Shown: positions 10,314 to 21,707 of the stretch, one piece after another
Layout: the number at the start of each line of letters is the position of its first letter
How positions within the stretch are numbered: the stretch's first letter is position 1
Assembly: GCF_963921235.1 (NCBI RefSeq)
Contig: NC_086108.1
Coordinates: forward strand, 48,052,001-48,116,000
Source: Mobula hypostoma
Lineage: Eukaryota
Direction: 5' to 3'
DNA: 64,000 nt
The notes under the pieces: generated by a model
Databases searched by the model: none
Told to the model about the DNA's origin: nothing
What the model saw: the letters and a program-made list of their open reading frames with translations, nothing else
Program-made: the position numbers and the translations under genes

Positions 10314-10820
10314 GAATGCCACAAACAAGTCTATCTTTAATGAGAGAGTCCATGAGCAATCCAAACTCGCATGTTCTACTACGCTTTCTTAACTCGGTAA
10401 CATACTGATCAATTGTTTCAGCAGCTCTCTGCGCATATGTGAAGAATTATATCGCTCATATGTTAAATTACGCTTAGGTATACAAAATACTTCAAATGTG
10501 TCCATTATCAACTTTAGATTGAAGTTACCTCCATCTTCAAAGACAAAATTATTATATACATCTACTGCGTCATTCCCGATTACATGGAGCAAAAGCGCAG
10601 CTTTGGTTGTTTCTGATTTTTCTTCATAATCGATTGCTGATAAGTACAGTTCAAACTGTTGCTTGAATATCCTCCAACTGTCAACTACATTGCCAGTCAG
10701 CTGAAGTTTTAGTGAGGGTTATAAACCTTCCATTTTACCATTTACAGTTCGAACTTTTTTCTTCTTCTCTTTTTTCTCGATTATCTTCGATTCTCCATTC
10801 TCCTGTATTATTTTTCCAGA

Positions 10821-10836
10821 ACCACTTCTGACACCA
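10821..10836 (-). promoter_or_regulatory. Primer binding site TGGTGTCAGAAGTGGT (tRNA-Leu type)
   Basis: Immediately inside the 5' LTR; begins TGG, complementary to tRNA CCA. Confidence 0.85.
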
Positions 10837-11036
10837 TGTTATGTTACTTCTGTTTAAACGTACCGTGGGTTAACAATAAAGACTCATATTCTGGAAGAAT
10901 TAGAGACCTTTTATTTACAGTAATAAACAAACACGTCTTAACCCAGCCACGTGCTGGAACATTCTGGCAATCCCACGCGTGCTCAGTGCTCTGTCTAATC
11001 ATGTACTGGCACATCATTGCACGTGATATCACCACA
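10837..11036 (-). repeat. 5' LTR of the Gypsy element (200 bp)
   Basis: Reads tgttatgttac...atcaccaca on +, adjacent to the PBS. About 12 mismatches to the other LTR by manual count. Confidence 0.92.
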
Positions 11037-12184
11037 GAGGAGTTAGATTCTGCTGATTATTCAGGGTCAGACTTTAACCATCCTCGTGGATAGAAGCAAG
11101 TACGTTTGTATTTAATTAAAAAAGAAGTTCCATTTCTGCAGCCTCTACACTGCCTTCATTACTTGGTCTATATGTTAATAGTGTGGTACTAAAGCATGGC
11201 CAAAATAGGGAGAGGTGGGGGAAGGGAAGAAGATGGGTCCTAAATCAGGGACTAGGTCACTTCCTAAGCCAAATCATCTGCTCAAACCTGAGCGCTGTTG
11301 CTCTCTGGCTTAGTTCGTGGTGAAATCCCCCTCCATAACAGCAGTCGCAGATTGTTCGAGATCCAATTTGTCACCATGGAGAATGTGTGCTTGCCTATCT
11401 ATCCACATTAATCTGACATGGAACTCACTGCTCTCAAAGACCTTAAATATTCTTAAATGTTTCTTTTTAAAATACTTCAATAGTTTAAGCTAAAAATAAG
11501 AACACCATTTGTGAAAGCATTCAAAATTATTTAATAGCATTGCAATAAAGAGAGATATACTGCCAGCCTTTCTGTCTGAAGGACACACAATAAAGAATGG
11601 GGTCATGCTATTTAAGCCAGACATGGCTGATGTAAAACAGGGGAGGGTTTCCCATCCACCTGGCTCAAGGTGTTGGTCTCACCAAGATGGACTCACCAAG
11701 TCCAATGTGGCAAGCATCTGCTTCCCATCCCAAATGTGAGCTCTACATCTGGGTATGCAAGTGCAGGAGCAGTCAAAATGGGAAATATTGGGAGGGTGAT
11801 GATTGGGATTATTTTCTTGGAGGAGTCCGTACCACCACCCTCAACACTTGTCATTTGATGTCTATCCGATCATAGATTTCATTTGGTCTGTTTGTGTGTC
11901 TCTCAAATTTAATGACAGATCACTGACTTAAAACATGCGCTGGCAGGTTGTTGAGAGATTTCAGCACCGGACGCAGCTAGTGTTAAATAGATGGGTTGCT
12001 GAACAGTGTGGCTTGTTGGACCGGAAGGGTCAGTTCCGCACAGTGTCTGTAAATAAGATAAATAAGAAATAAGAAATTATCAGTGATATTTAGGGTATAA
12101 GGAAGTCATCTTAACTAATTTAGAATAGTAAGGTAGTTTGTAGTGAATGACCAGATGTAAGTGGTTGTTATCCATTTTAAAGTA

Positions 12185-13382
12185 CAGGTTTCCCCCGCCA
12201 CCCGAAGGTAGAGCGTTCCTATGAAACAGTTTGTAAGCCGGAATGTTGTAAAGTGAAGAAGCAATTACCATTGATTTATATGGGAAAAATTTGCGAGCAT
12301 TCGCAGACCCAAAAAATAACCTACCAAATCATGCCAAATAACACATAAAACCTAAAATAACAGTAACATATAGTAAAAGCAGGAACGATATGATAAATAC
12401 ACAGCCTATATAAAGTAGAAGTACTTTTCTACAATCATTGCCACACTGTTCTTCGTAGCGAAAATCTCACGCAAGCGCTCTCGGCAGAAACACTGTCTCC
12501 AGTAACCTTTAAGCTATGAAGCTGCCAAATCATACCAAATAACACGTAAAAATACACAGCCTATATAAAGTAGAAATAATGTATGTACAGTGTAGTATCA
12601 CTTACCGGAATCGGGAAGACAGCTCTGAGCACACTGATGATGGTGTGTTAGGCTGAGTCATCGGAGGTTGGGGTGGTGCAGTGGTCCCTAATCGCCGGGC
12701 CGCTGACCGATACCGATCCGCGAAGCATGCAGCGATACAGCGGTAGCCGGGACGCACCCAGCACATCTTTAAGATAAAAGCCAAAATAAACTAGCTAATT
12801 AATTAGGTGCTGCCCAGCACGGAAATGTCGGCCCAGAGCAGAGGCGACACAATCGGCAATTGCCTCTGATCTGGACCAACATTTACGTGCCGGGCGGCAC
12901 CTAACTAATTAGCTTGTTTATTTCAGCATTTTTCTTAAAGATGTGTTGGGTGCATCCCAGCTACCGCTGCATTCTTCGCGGCAATGCATCAGTCCGCGGC
13001 CCGGGGGTTGGGGTGGTGAGACACTGGGGTGTCATCTCATCGTCGTCTGTTTCCATCAGGGCAGGCAGGTCATCTTCTTCTATGTCTGCCTGCCTCGATG
13101 TTGAAGGTCGAGGTTCGTCGTCTGCTGTGGCTGATGTGGAAGGCTTGCAAAACGACAGTATGCTTGACTGCTTAGCCTCATGCATTTTTCTATCATACAG
13201 TTCTTTGTAAGCACTCAAATCATCTTGCAAATATACCCTAAACCTACGTACCCTTTCAATATTTAAGTCGTACTTTTCTGCAATCATTGCAGCGAAAATC
13301 TCATGCAGTTGCTTCACGTTCAGTTCCTGGACGACTTCACTTTTGGTCCGTTTGCTACTGCATTCGGTTTCGATTGTTATCC
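12185..13382 (-). mobile_element. Tigger/pogo DNA transposon, right end with transposase C-terminus; truncated
   Basis: TA|CAGGTTTCCCCCGCCACCCGAAGG terminus. ORF 12961..13677 contains a Tigger-like tail, AYKELYDRKM..KQSSILSF. Confidence 0.8.
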
Positions 13383-16310
13383 AGGGGCAGTCAGAGGAGC
13401 CACAGGAGCAGTCAGCAGAGGTGTGTATCCAGACAGGTAACCGAGTTACAACATATATACATGGTTTACCACACCTGTATCTCACGCAGTTGAGAAATGA
13501 GCCACAGTTTTTGACCTGTATTTGGGTCACAATCATGCCAAGTTCTGGCAATACAATTGCTAATTGCACTTGTTTTCGTGATTCTTCCTTTTTGCAATTT
13601 AGGACCAGAACATTTTGTTTAAAAAAACCTGTTCTTAGAGCTGTTGCCACCAACCAATTCACAAGAGCAGCAACCAAATTGTTTCTGTACTTTCTAATAT
13701 TTGTAATGTGGAGCTGAAATGGTTCTTTGTGATGCTTTTGTAGGCCTAGATGTGTATCTTTTTTAAAAAAGGCAACTAGCAGTCAGTCTGTTTATATCTC
13801 AGATGAGTAAAATGATATGAATTGGTTCATAACCTGCAGTGCAAAAATAAAACAGTGTCCAATGAAATGTTTGTCAGTGGCACAGTTCTATACTTGTAGT
13901 CTGCTGTGATGTATCATTTTAATCGTCTACTATATTTTTGCCAACTACTGAAAATACAGACCTTTAAGTGTGACAAAGTTAAGAAACTTAACAATATAGC
14001 ATTACATCTATATTATTATTATTGAAACAAACATGTTTTACTGTCAAGTGATTAAAATAACATGCACTTTATTTACAATGGGTTACATAAAAATGTATAT
14101 TTTTTTTACTGAGAATAGCAGAACCATGTTTTAAAAGCCTTAAGTTTGGGAAAAAGTCTGCAATCACTTTTCTTCCTGCTCTTAAGCTACTTTTTAAAGA
14201 GTTGTTGAGATACTGGCTGTGGAAGTTAAATGCAGATGTGAGTTATTGATTTTGCCCTCAACTATCTTTGTTTTTCTTTTGCATTAAGCAGCTGGATGAA
14301 ACATTTTGGAGAGTGCTGCAGAAGGTTAGTGAAATCTATTAAAGAGGCCTCCAATAGTATCTTAAATCCTTTAGTGACTAGACAGAATATTTTATAGGTG
14401 CATTCCTTGAGTCTTTGTAGCAAATACTGTCACACATTCCTTGCCAAATACTGTTAAAATGCAGTCAAACCAGCATGATTTATGATCCCACACACTTTGA
14501 TGCAACAACCTGTTTCTCATTAAAGAAGTGAGAGTATTGAAGATAAACTGTCCTAATCTAATCCTGTCCTGAGAAAACAATGAAGCATCCTATTCAGCTG
14601 CTGCTAATTAGGAATATGAACAAGGAGTAATTGTGCTACAGTAGATAAACAAGCTGATTACCTCAAAGTTGTATGAAAAATTTATTCTTCAGCACATGCT
14701 ATTTACTATGCCATTAATGCAAATAGCATTATTTGCAGAACAAGGAATATCAAGGCCAATTATCTGAAAGATTTTGTGCATTAAGATTGTTGCTTAACAG
14801 AAACATTTGTGGAATTTCTATTATTTTCAATGGACTGTAGACATTTTTAGCAATGGAGTTACTGATCAAACAAAAAATCTTTGAATGGAAAATTCTGTCC
14901 TCAGGTTTGTTTTCTGTCAAGTGCTGTCAGGGTGTCCTGTACTGGAGCATTGGTGCCTTGACTTCTAAGGCTTAGCTATTGCTTAGATCTGAGTATCCAA
15001 CTAAAGTGTGTGCAGAAGTTTCTGAAAATGGCTCTCTGCATCTGGACCAAATGAGCTTGAGTCTCCAGGGTTTCTTGGGCAGCAAGGGGCATTAATCAGA
15101 TTCTGTCCCTCTCTTTCATACTGATGACTTCACTGATGAAAGTAATTATCCAGCATCCCTGGAGGACCAGACCAAAACAGTTGATATTTTGGGCCTGGAC
15201 CCTTCTTCAGGAAAGGGGGTGGGGGTGGGGGGGGGGGAGAAGCCAGAAGGGGATGGAAAGGAGTGCAAGTTGGCAGGGGATAGGTGAATTCAGGTGAGGG
15301 GGAGGTGGGGAGGGCAGATAAAGTAAGAATCTGAGAGGTGATAGATGGAAGAATTAAAGGGCTGAAGAAATCTGTTGCATTCTGGCAGGCTAATTTCTAT
15401 CTTGTGGAGACAAGGCAGCAACTCTTAGATGCCTCCTCTTACTTACCCCTTAAACAGGACCCCACTAAGGAGGATCTAGCCATTGTCTCTCACACCATTA
15501 CCAAACTCGGTGCCTCTGGGGATCCCCTATCAGTTGTACCCAACTTCATAGTTCCCGTACCCCCAATGCTCATTCCTACCTCCTACCCAAGATCCACAAA
15601 TCTGACTAACCAGGTAGGCTCATAGTTTCTGCTTGCTCCTTCCCCATGGAATGTGTCCACATATATCGACCCCATTTTCCCCTCCTGTTCAGTCCCTTCC
15701 TACCTACATCCATGACACTTCACATGCTCTTGATCACTTCAATCACTTTAAGTTCCCTGGCCCTGACTCACTCTTTTGCTGTGGACATCCAGTCCCTATA
15801 CACTTCTGTCCCCCGTCAGGAATGCCCTAAAGTGCCTTGCTTCTTTCTGTACAATAGACTAACCTCTTCCCCTGCACCTCCACCTTCCTCTGTCTGGCAG
15901 AACTGTTTCTCACCCTCAACAATTTCACTTTTTGGCTCTTCCCACTCTCTCCTTTTCTTTTTAAATCTTTTTATTGAGTAAGTATACAAAAAAGGTAAGC
16001 CATATAAACATTAATACAATGTTAAAGTATAATAAAATTCCAAAAGATATCGCTACCAAAAAGAAAATACTACAAACAATGTAATTTAAACATAAGAAAC
16101 CAAGATAACATAATAGTATACTAAATTTTATATATATCAATGGAAAAAAAAGAAAAAAAAACCCCCCAAAAAAAAACCCACCGTGCAGCTAACTAAAAGC
16201 AAGGCAAAGCAATGGGCTAACTTGAAACCAAACAGAGTTAAACTTAAAATCACGTCCTCAATCCCGACCTCCATTAAAAACAGTGAAAAAAAAAACAAGA
16301 AGGGTAAATA

Positions 16311-19300
16311 TTACATTAAGTGAAAATATCGAATAAAAGGTCCCCAAATCTGTTCAAATTTAAATGAAGAATCATAAAGGTTACTTCTAATTTTCTCCAA
16401 ATTCAAACATAAAATCGTCTGAGAAAACCAAAAAAAGGTAGTTGGAGCATTAAGCTCTTTCCAATGTTGTAAAATACATCTTTTCGCCATTAAAGTAAGA
16501 AATGCAATCATTCTACGGGCTGAAGGGGAAAGATTACTAGAAATTTTAGGTAGTCCAAAGATAGCAGTAATAGGGTGAGGAGAGATATCTATATTTAATA
16601 CCTTAGAAATAATATTGAAAATATCTCTCCAAAAAGTTTCCAAAGTAGGGCAAGACCAAAACATATGAGTTAAAGAGGCTATCTGCCCCGAACATCTATC
16701 ACAGAAAGGATTAATATGCGAGTAAAAACGCGCTAACTTATCTTTGGACATATGTGCTCTATGAACCACTTTAAATTGAATTAGGGAATGTTTAGCACAA
16801 ATAGAGGAAGTATTAACTAATTGTAAAATCTGCCCCCAATCATCCACAGAAATGGTAAGCCCCAATTCCTGTTCCCAATCTACCCTAATCTTATCAAATG
16901 GAGCTTTCCTAAGTTTCATAATAATATTATAAATCATAGCCGATGCACCTTTCTGACATGGATTAAGGTTAATTATCGAATCTAAAATATATGTAGGAGG
17001 AAGCATTGGAAAGGAAGAAAGTATAGTACTTAGGAAATTTCTAACTTGTAAATATCTAAAAAAATGTATTCTTGATAAGTTATATTTATTAGATAATTGT
17101 TCAAAAGACATAAGGGAACCATCTAAAAATAAATCCAAAAACCGTAAAATACCCTTAGTCTTCCAAGTTTGAAAAGCGCGATCCGTAAAAGAGGGAGGAA
17201 AAAATATGTTACCTAAAATAGGAATCGCTAACCCGAATTGATTAAGATCAAAAAATTTTCTGAATTGAAACCAAATGCGCAAAGCATATTTAACTATTGG
17301 GTTAGAGACCTGCTTAAGACGTTTCGAATCAAAAGGGAGAGAGGAGCCTAAAATAGAACCAAGTGTATAACCCTGAACAGATTGTAATTCCAATGCTACC
17401 CATTTAGGAATAGATAGTATGTCCTGGTCAAGTAACCAAAATTTCATATGTCGAATATTAATAGCCCAATAATAGAATCTAAAGTTAGGTAATGCTAAAC
17501 CTCCATCTCTCTTAGCTTTCTGTAAATGTATTTTACCCAGTCTCGGATTCTTATTCTGCCAAATAAATGAAGAAATTTTAGAGTCAACTTTATCAAAAAA
17601 AGATTTTGGAACAAAGATTGGTAATGCCTGAAACACATATAAAAATTTTGGCAAAAAAAAAATCTTAACTGCATTAATACGACCAATCAAAGTTAAATAT
17701 AAGGGAAACCATTTAGATGAAAGTTGAGTAATATGGTCTATTAATGGTAAAAAGTTAGTCTTAAATAAATCTTTGTATTTACAAGTAATTTTAATCCCAA
17801 GATATGAAAAGTAATTATTAATCAATTTAAATGGAAATTTATAATATAAGGGAAGATGTTTATTAATCGGAAAAAGTTCACTCTTACTAAGATTTAATTT
17901 ATAACCTGAGAAAAGACCAAATTGTGCTAATAACTCTAAAACAGCAGGAATGGATCTCTCAGGATTAGAAATATATAAAAGTAAATCATCAGCATAGAGT
18001 GATAATTTATGGGACTTTAATCCCCGAGTTATCCCAGTAATATTTGAAGATTCTCGAATAGCAATTGCAAGAGGTTCTAATGCAATATCAAATAATAGGG
18101 GACTAAGAGGACAGCCTTGTCGAGTACCACGAAAGAGAGGAAAAAAAGGTGAGTTTAAAGAGTTAGTACGAACCGAGGCTACAGGAGAGTGATATAACAG
18201 TTTAATCCAGGATATAAATTTCAAGCTAAAATTGAACATTTCAAGCACCTTAAATAAATAAGGCCATTCTACTCTATCAAAAGCTTTCTCGGCATCTAAA
18301 GAAATAACACACTCAGGAACATTTTGTGAGGGAGTATAAACGATATTTAACAATGTACGAATATTATAAAAAGAGTAACGACCTTTAATAAAACCCGTTT
18401 GGTCTTTCGAAATAATAGAAGGAAGTACTTTTTCTAGTCTATTTGCTAATAACTTAGAAAAAACTTTAGAATCAACATTTAATAAAGATATTGGTCTATA
18501 AGATGCACATTGAGCAGGGTCTTTATCCTTCTTTAGTATTAGAGAAATTGATGCTCTATTAAAAGATTCAGGAAGTTTACCAAGTTTCAAAGAAGCCTCA
18601 AAAACCCTACAGAGCCAAGGAATCAATAAAGAAGCAAAACATTTATAAAATTCAACGGTAAACCCATCAGGGCCAGGAGCTTTCCCCAGATTCATAGAAA
18701 AAATAACATTCTTAATCTCATCCATTGTAATGGAAGTATCTAATAAAGAAGACATATCCTGTGAAATCTGAGGGAAGTCTAACTTATCTAAAAAATCATT
18801 CATATATTTAGAATCTCGAGGAGACTCTGATTGATATAAAGAAGAATAAAAATCACAAAAGGTTTGATTAATCCCCACATGATCCAGTATCAATCGAACA
18901 TTTTGGTTATAAATCTGATTGATTTGAGATTTAACATAATTAGATTTCAATTGATTAGCCAGCAGCTTGCCAATTTTGTCACTGTGAACATAAAAGTCAC
19001 TTCTTGTTTTCTTTAATTGGTTTACAATCGAGGACGAGAGTAGTAAACTGTGTTCCATTTGAAGTTCAGTTCTTTGTTTGTATAACTCCTCAGAAGGAGC
19101 CATAACATATTTCTTATCAATTTCTTTAATCTTGTCCACAATTGCCATCTCCTCCTGCTTCTGTTTCTTCCTCAAAGCAACAGAATACGAAATAATCTGA
19201 CCCCGAATATAGGCTTTAAAAGTGTCCCAAAGAGTGTTAACCGAAATATCTTCTGTATGGTTAATTGTAAAAAAAAGTTCAATCTGTTCATTCATAAAAT

Positions 19301-20087
19301 TAACAAAGTCCGAGTCCTGAAGCAACAGCGAATTAAAACGCCATTGTCTATTATTTGGTATATTGGCCATAATTTTAATAGAAAGCTTAAGTGGAGCATG
19401 ATCCGAAATGGTTATAGAATCATAATCACATTTAATCACTGAAGGAATAAGACGAGAATCAATGAAAAAATAATCAATTCTTGAATAGGAATGATGAACA
19501 TGTGAAAAGAAGGAAAAATCTTTTTCCTGAGGATGCAGAAAACGCCAAATGTCCGTCGACCCAGAATCAGAAAGGAAAAAATTAATCAGATTTGCAGATT
19601 TATTAGGTAAAGTCCGTAAAGGAGCCGAACGGTCCAAAGCTGGAGACAAACAGGTATTAAGATCTCCGCCCCAGATCAATGAAAACTCGTTCAAATTCGG
19701 AAACTGATCAAACAATGATTTATAAAATTCCGGACAATCCATATTAGGAGCATAAACATTAACCAAAACTACTTTTTTATTAAATAGTAAACCACTAACC
19801 AATAAAAATCTACCATTCGGATCAGAGATAATATCCTGTTGTATAAAAGTAACTGAGGAATCTATAAAAATAGAGACGCCTCGAATCTTAGCATTGGAGT
19901 TCGAATGAAATTGTTGACCCTTCCAGAATTTGAAAAAACGTAGTCTGTCCCCCCTCCGTACATGGGTCTCTTGTAAAAATAAAATTTGTGCTTTAAGTCT
20001 CCGGAACACTTTAAAAACTTTTTTCCTTTTAATAGGATGATTAAGACCATTAGTATTCCAGGAGACAAAATTAATAATAGACTCCAT
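16311..20087 (-). CDS. L1 ORF2p (APE endonuclease, RT, C-terminal CCHC), 1258 aa from the first ATG
   Basis: Motifs SWNTNGL, QETH, GDLN, SDH, YRPISLLN, LDAEKAFD, QGCPLSP, YADD and CDRC..LTHMFWSC; no stops. ATG of MESII is at 20087. Confidence 0.95.
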   Translation of the reverse strand: MESIINFVSWNTNGLNHPIKRKKVFKVFRRLKAQILFLQETHVRRGDRLRFFKFWKGQQFHSNSNAKIRGVSIFIDSSVTFIQQDIISDPNGRFLLVSGLLFNKKVVLVNVYAPNMDCPEFYKSLFDQFPNLNEFSLIWGGDLNTCLSPALDRSAPLRTLPNKSANLINFFLSDSGSTDIWRFLHPQEKDFSFFSHVHHSYSRIDYFFIDSRLIPSVIKCDYDSITISDHAPLKLSIKIMANIPNNRQWRFNSLLLQDSDFVNFMNEQIELFFTINHTEDISVNTLWDTFKAYIRGQIISYSVALRKKQKQEEMAIVDKIKEIDKKYVMAPSEELYKQRTELQMEHSLLLSSSIVNQLKKTRSDFYVHSDKIGKLLANQLKSNYVKSQINQIYNQNVRLILDHVGINQTFCDFYSSLYQSESPRDSKYMNDFLDKLDFPQISQDMSSLLDTSITMDEIKNVIFSMNLGKAPGPDGFTVEFYKCFASLLIPWLCRVFEASLKLGKLPESFNRASISLILKKDKDPAQCASYRPISLLNVDSKVFSKLLANRLEKVLPSIISKDQTGFIKGRYSFYNIRTLLNIVYTPSQNVPECVISLDAEKAFDRVEWPYLFKVLEMFNFSLKFISWIKLLYHSPVASVRTNSLNSPFFPLFRGTRQGCPLSPLLFDIALEPLAIAIRESSNITGITRGLKSHKLSLYADDLLLYISNPERSIPAVLELLAQFGLFSGYKLNLSKSELFPINKHLPLYYKFPFKLINNYFSYLGIKITCKYKDLFKTNFLPLIDHITQLSSKWFPLYLTLIGRINAVKIFFLPKFLYVFQALPIFVPKSFFDKVDSKISSFIWQNKNPRLGKIHLQKAKRDGGLALPNFRFYYWAINIRHMKFWLLDQDILSIPKWVALELQSVQGYTLGSILGSSLPFDSKRLKQVSNPIVKYALRIWFQFRKFFDLNQFGLAIPILGNIFFPPSFTDRAFQTWKTKGILRFLDLFLDGSLMSFEQLSNKYNLSRIHFFRYLQVRNFLSTILSSFPMLPPTYILDSIINLNPCQKGASAMIYNIIMKLRKAPFDKIRVDWEQELGLTISVDDWGQILQLVNTSSICAKHSLIQFKVVHRAHMSKDKLARFYSHINPFCDRCSGQIASLTHMFWSCPTLETFWRDIFNIISKVLNIDISPHPITAIFGLPKISSNLSPSARRMIAFLTLMAKRCILQHWKELNAPTTFFWFSQTILCLNLEKIRSNLYDSSFKFEQIWGPFIRYFHLM

Positions 20088-20807
20088 AAATCCTAAAGTC
20101 AACCTACAACAAGGAGGATTGACGATAGGCGCGACCCACAAACCCGGAGAGGAAACAGAACATACAAAAGATACCGGGAAAAAGGACGCAACCAGTACTT
20201 CAATAATGTATATAGCCCAAAGAGAAACAAACTAAAACGTGAAGCCCCTCCCACCACCCACCGCCCCAAGACCCCAAGGCAAAATCTAAAGCAGACCCGC
20301 CAGAAAGAAGCAAGCGCTAAAACTGCCCCCATGACTTCCGGTATACGCTCCCTAAAAAAAAAAGGTATAAATATGAAAAGGATCAGCTAATTGTAAAACA
20401 GTAAAAAAGTAAAAAAAAAGGTAGCTCAATTAAAATACACACAGAACAGAACAAAAGCCGGAAAATATATATTTAAAAAAAACCACAATAAACCTCAAAC
20501 CCATGAATAGACACAGCAACAAGAAAAAATAAGATTATTGACATAAAGTGGTTATAAAAAGCAAAACAGAATAAAATTTAAAAAAAACTACAAAATTTAA
20601 GGCCACACAGGAAATACGTAAGATGACAAAAGGGAAGTAACCACCCAGAATCCCCTGGGAAAAGAAAGAAATGACGCAGTTAAAAAGAAAGTTTAGCAAC
20701 CATATTAAGAAATCAAAAGTAAACTTTTCTGCCCAGATAGGGCACGAAAAAGTTAAAACCAACCAATTCACAGCCTCCGATCAACGGAGATAATTAAAAA
20801 AAGGCAA

Positions 20808-21707
20808 TTAAGATGTTGAAGATGAAAGTTGATCCAGATAACTCTGGGCATCCGATGGAGAACCAAAAAAACGAAGGGCTCCATCTGACATGCGAATCCT
20901 TAGACGTGCAGGGTACAGCAGCGCTGGTCTTAAGTCCATCTTATAGAATTCCGACATCACGGATCTGTAACGAACCCGTTGGTCCCAGATTGGTTTACTG
21001 AAATCTTCCACGAATCGGAACTTAAGATCCGAAAAATCAATGAAACCTTTAGATCGAGCGAATCGAAACAGTCTCTCCTTGTCTTGAAAGTAATGAAAAC
21101 GTAAAATAACATGCCTAGGTCTATCTGACCTAGACGAGTATGATGGGATTCTGTGAACACGATCCAGAAGCGGTGGTTGGTCAGGAAATACAGTAGGGAA
21201 TGCATCTTTTAAAAGTTGAGAAAAATATTTCATGGGGTTGTTGGATTCCACAGCTTCCCTCACCCCGATCATTCGTAAATTCTGCCGTCGCATTCTAGAT
21301 TCCAAGTCAGAGTTTTTAAAAGTCAAAAAGTCAAGTTTCTTCTTCATTACATTAATTGTTTCTTCGATTTTCCCCAGCTTAAGCTCACTTTGTTGCGCGA
21401 ATTTTTGAAGATCAGATATAGCCGACTGATGTTCCGCAATAAATGTTTGCATCTTATCAATTGAATCGGCAATTTTCTGGAGATTAGTTGAGATTTCCGT
21501 ATGAATCAGGTCTTTAACAGAGCCTGCAATTTCCGTACGAATCATCTCCCTAACAGAGGTTGAAATTTCCCTCTGAATTAACTCCGATATCGCTTTCAAA
21601 GTCACCGGTGATTCAGTCGGGGGGAAATCCGTAGCTTTCGGTTTAACCGGAGGTTTACCATCCTTGCCGTTTTTCCCGTTCTTAGACATAGCAGATCTAA
21701 GTATCAT
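20808..21707 (-). CDS. L1 ORF1p (coiled coil, RRM, CTD; Transposase_22-like)
   Basis: Heptad region, then DLESRMRRQNLRMIGVRE, RVHR, RPRHVILRF and LLYPARLRI. An alternative ATG is at 21689. Confidence 0.92.
   Translation of the reverse strand: MILRSAMSKNGKNGKDGKPPVKPKATDFPPTESPVTLKAISELIQREISTSVREMIRTEIAGSVKDLIHTEISTNLQKIADSIDKMQTFIAEHQSAISDLQKFAQQSELKLGKIEETINVMKKKLDFLTFKNSDLESRMRRQNLRMIGVREAVESNNPMKYFSQLLKDAFPTVFPDQPPLLDRVHRIPSYSSRSDRPRHVILRFHYFQDKERLFRFARSKGFIDFSDLKFRFVEDFSKPIWDQRVRYRSVMSEFYKMDLRPALLYPARLRIRMSDGALRFFGSPSDAQSYLDQLSSSTS

Larger units (their letters stand above)
2045..11036 (-). mobile_element. Non-autonomous Gypsy LTR retrotransposon (about 2.3 kb after removing three nested insertions): gag, protease, captured host fragments and integrase C-terminus
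   Basis: Two ~200-bp TG..CA LTRs, a PBS and a PPT. Degenerate gag starts at 10733 (LQLTGNVVDSWRIFKQQF..LLLHVIG..FCIPKRNLTYERY). Cys/His knuckle at ~5450-5560, protease DTG at 5302-5310, and integrase-end motifs GDKVRIQ and SYIVQTERGAVLRRNR at ~4480-4625. Confidence 0.9.

Noticed and set aside
12961..13677. 238-aa novel protein
   Set aside because: A chance read-through from unique DNA into a truncated Tigger transposase tail at ~13382.
20088..20141. 18-aa N-terminal extension of L1 ORF2 in the ORF track
   Set aside because: It uses a non-ATG start. The endonuclease domain begins right after the ATG at 20087.
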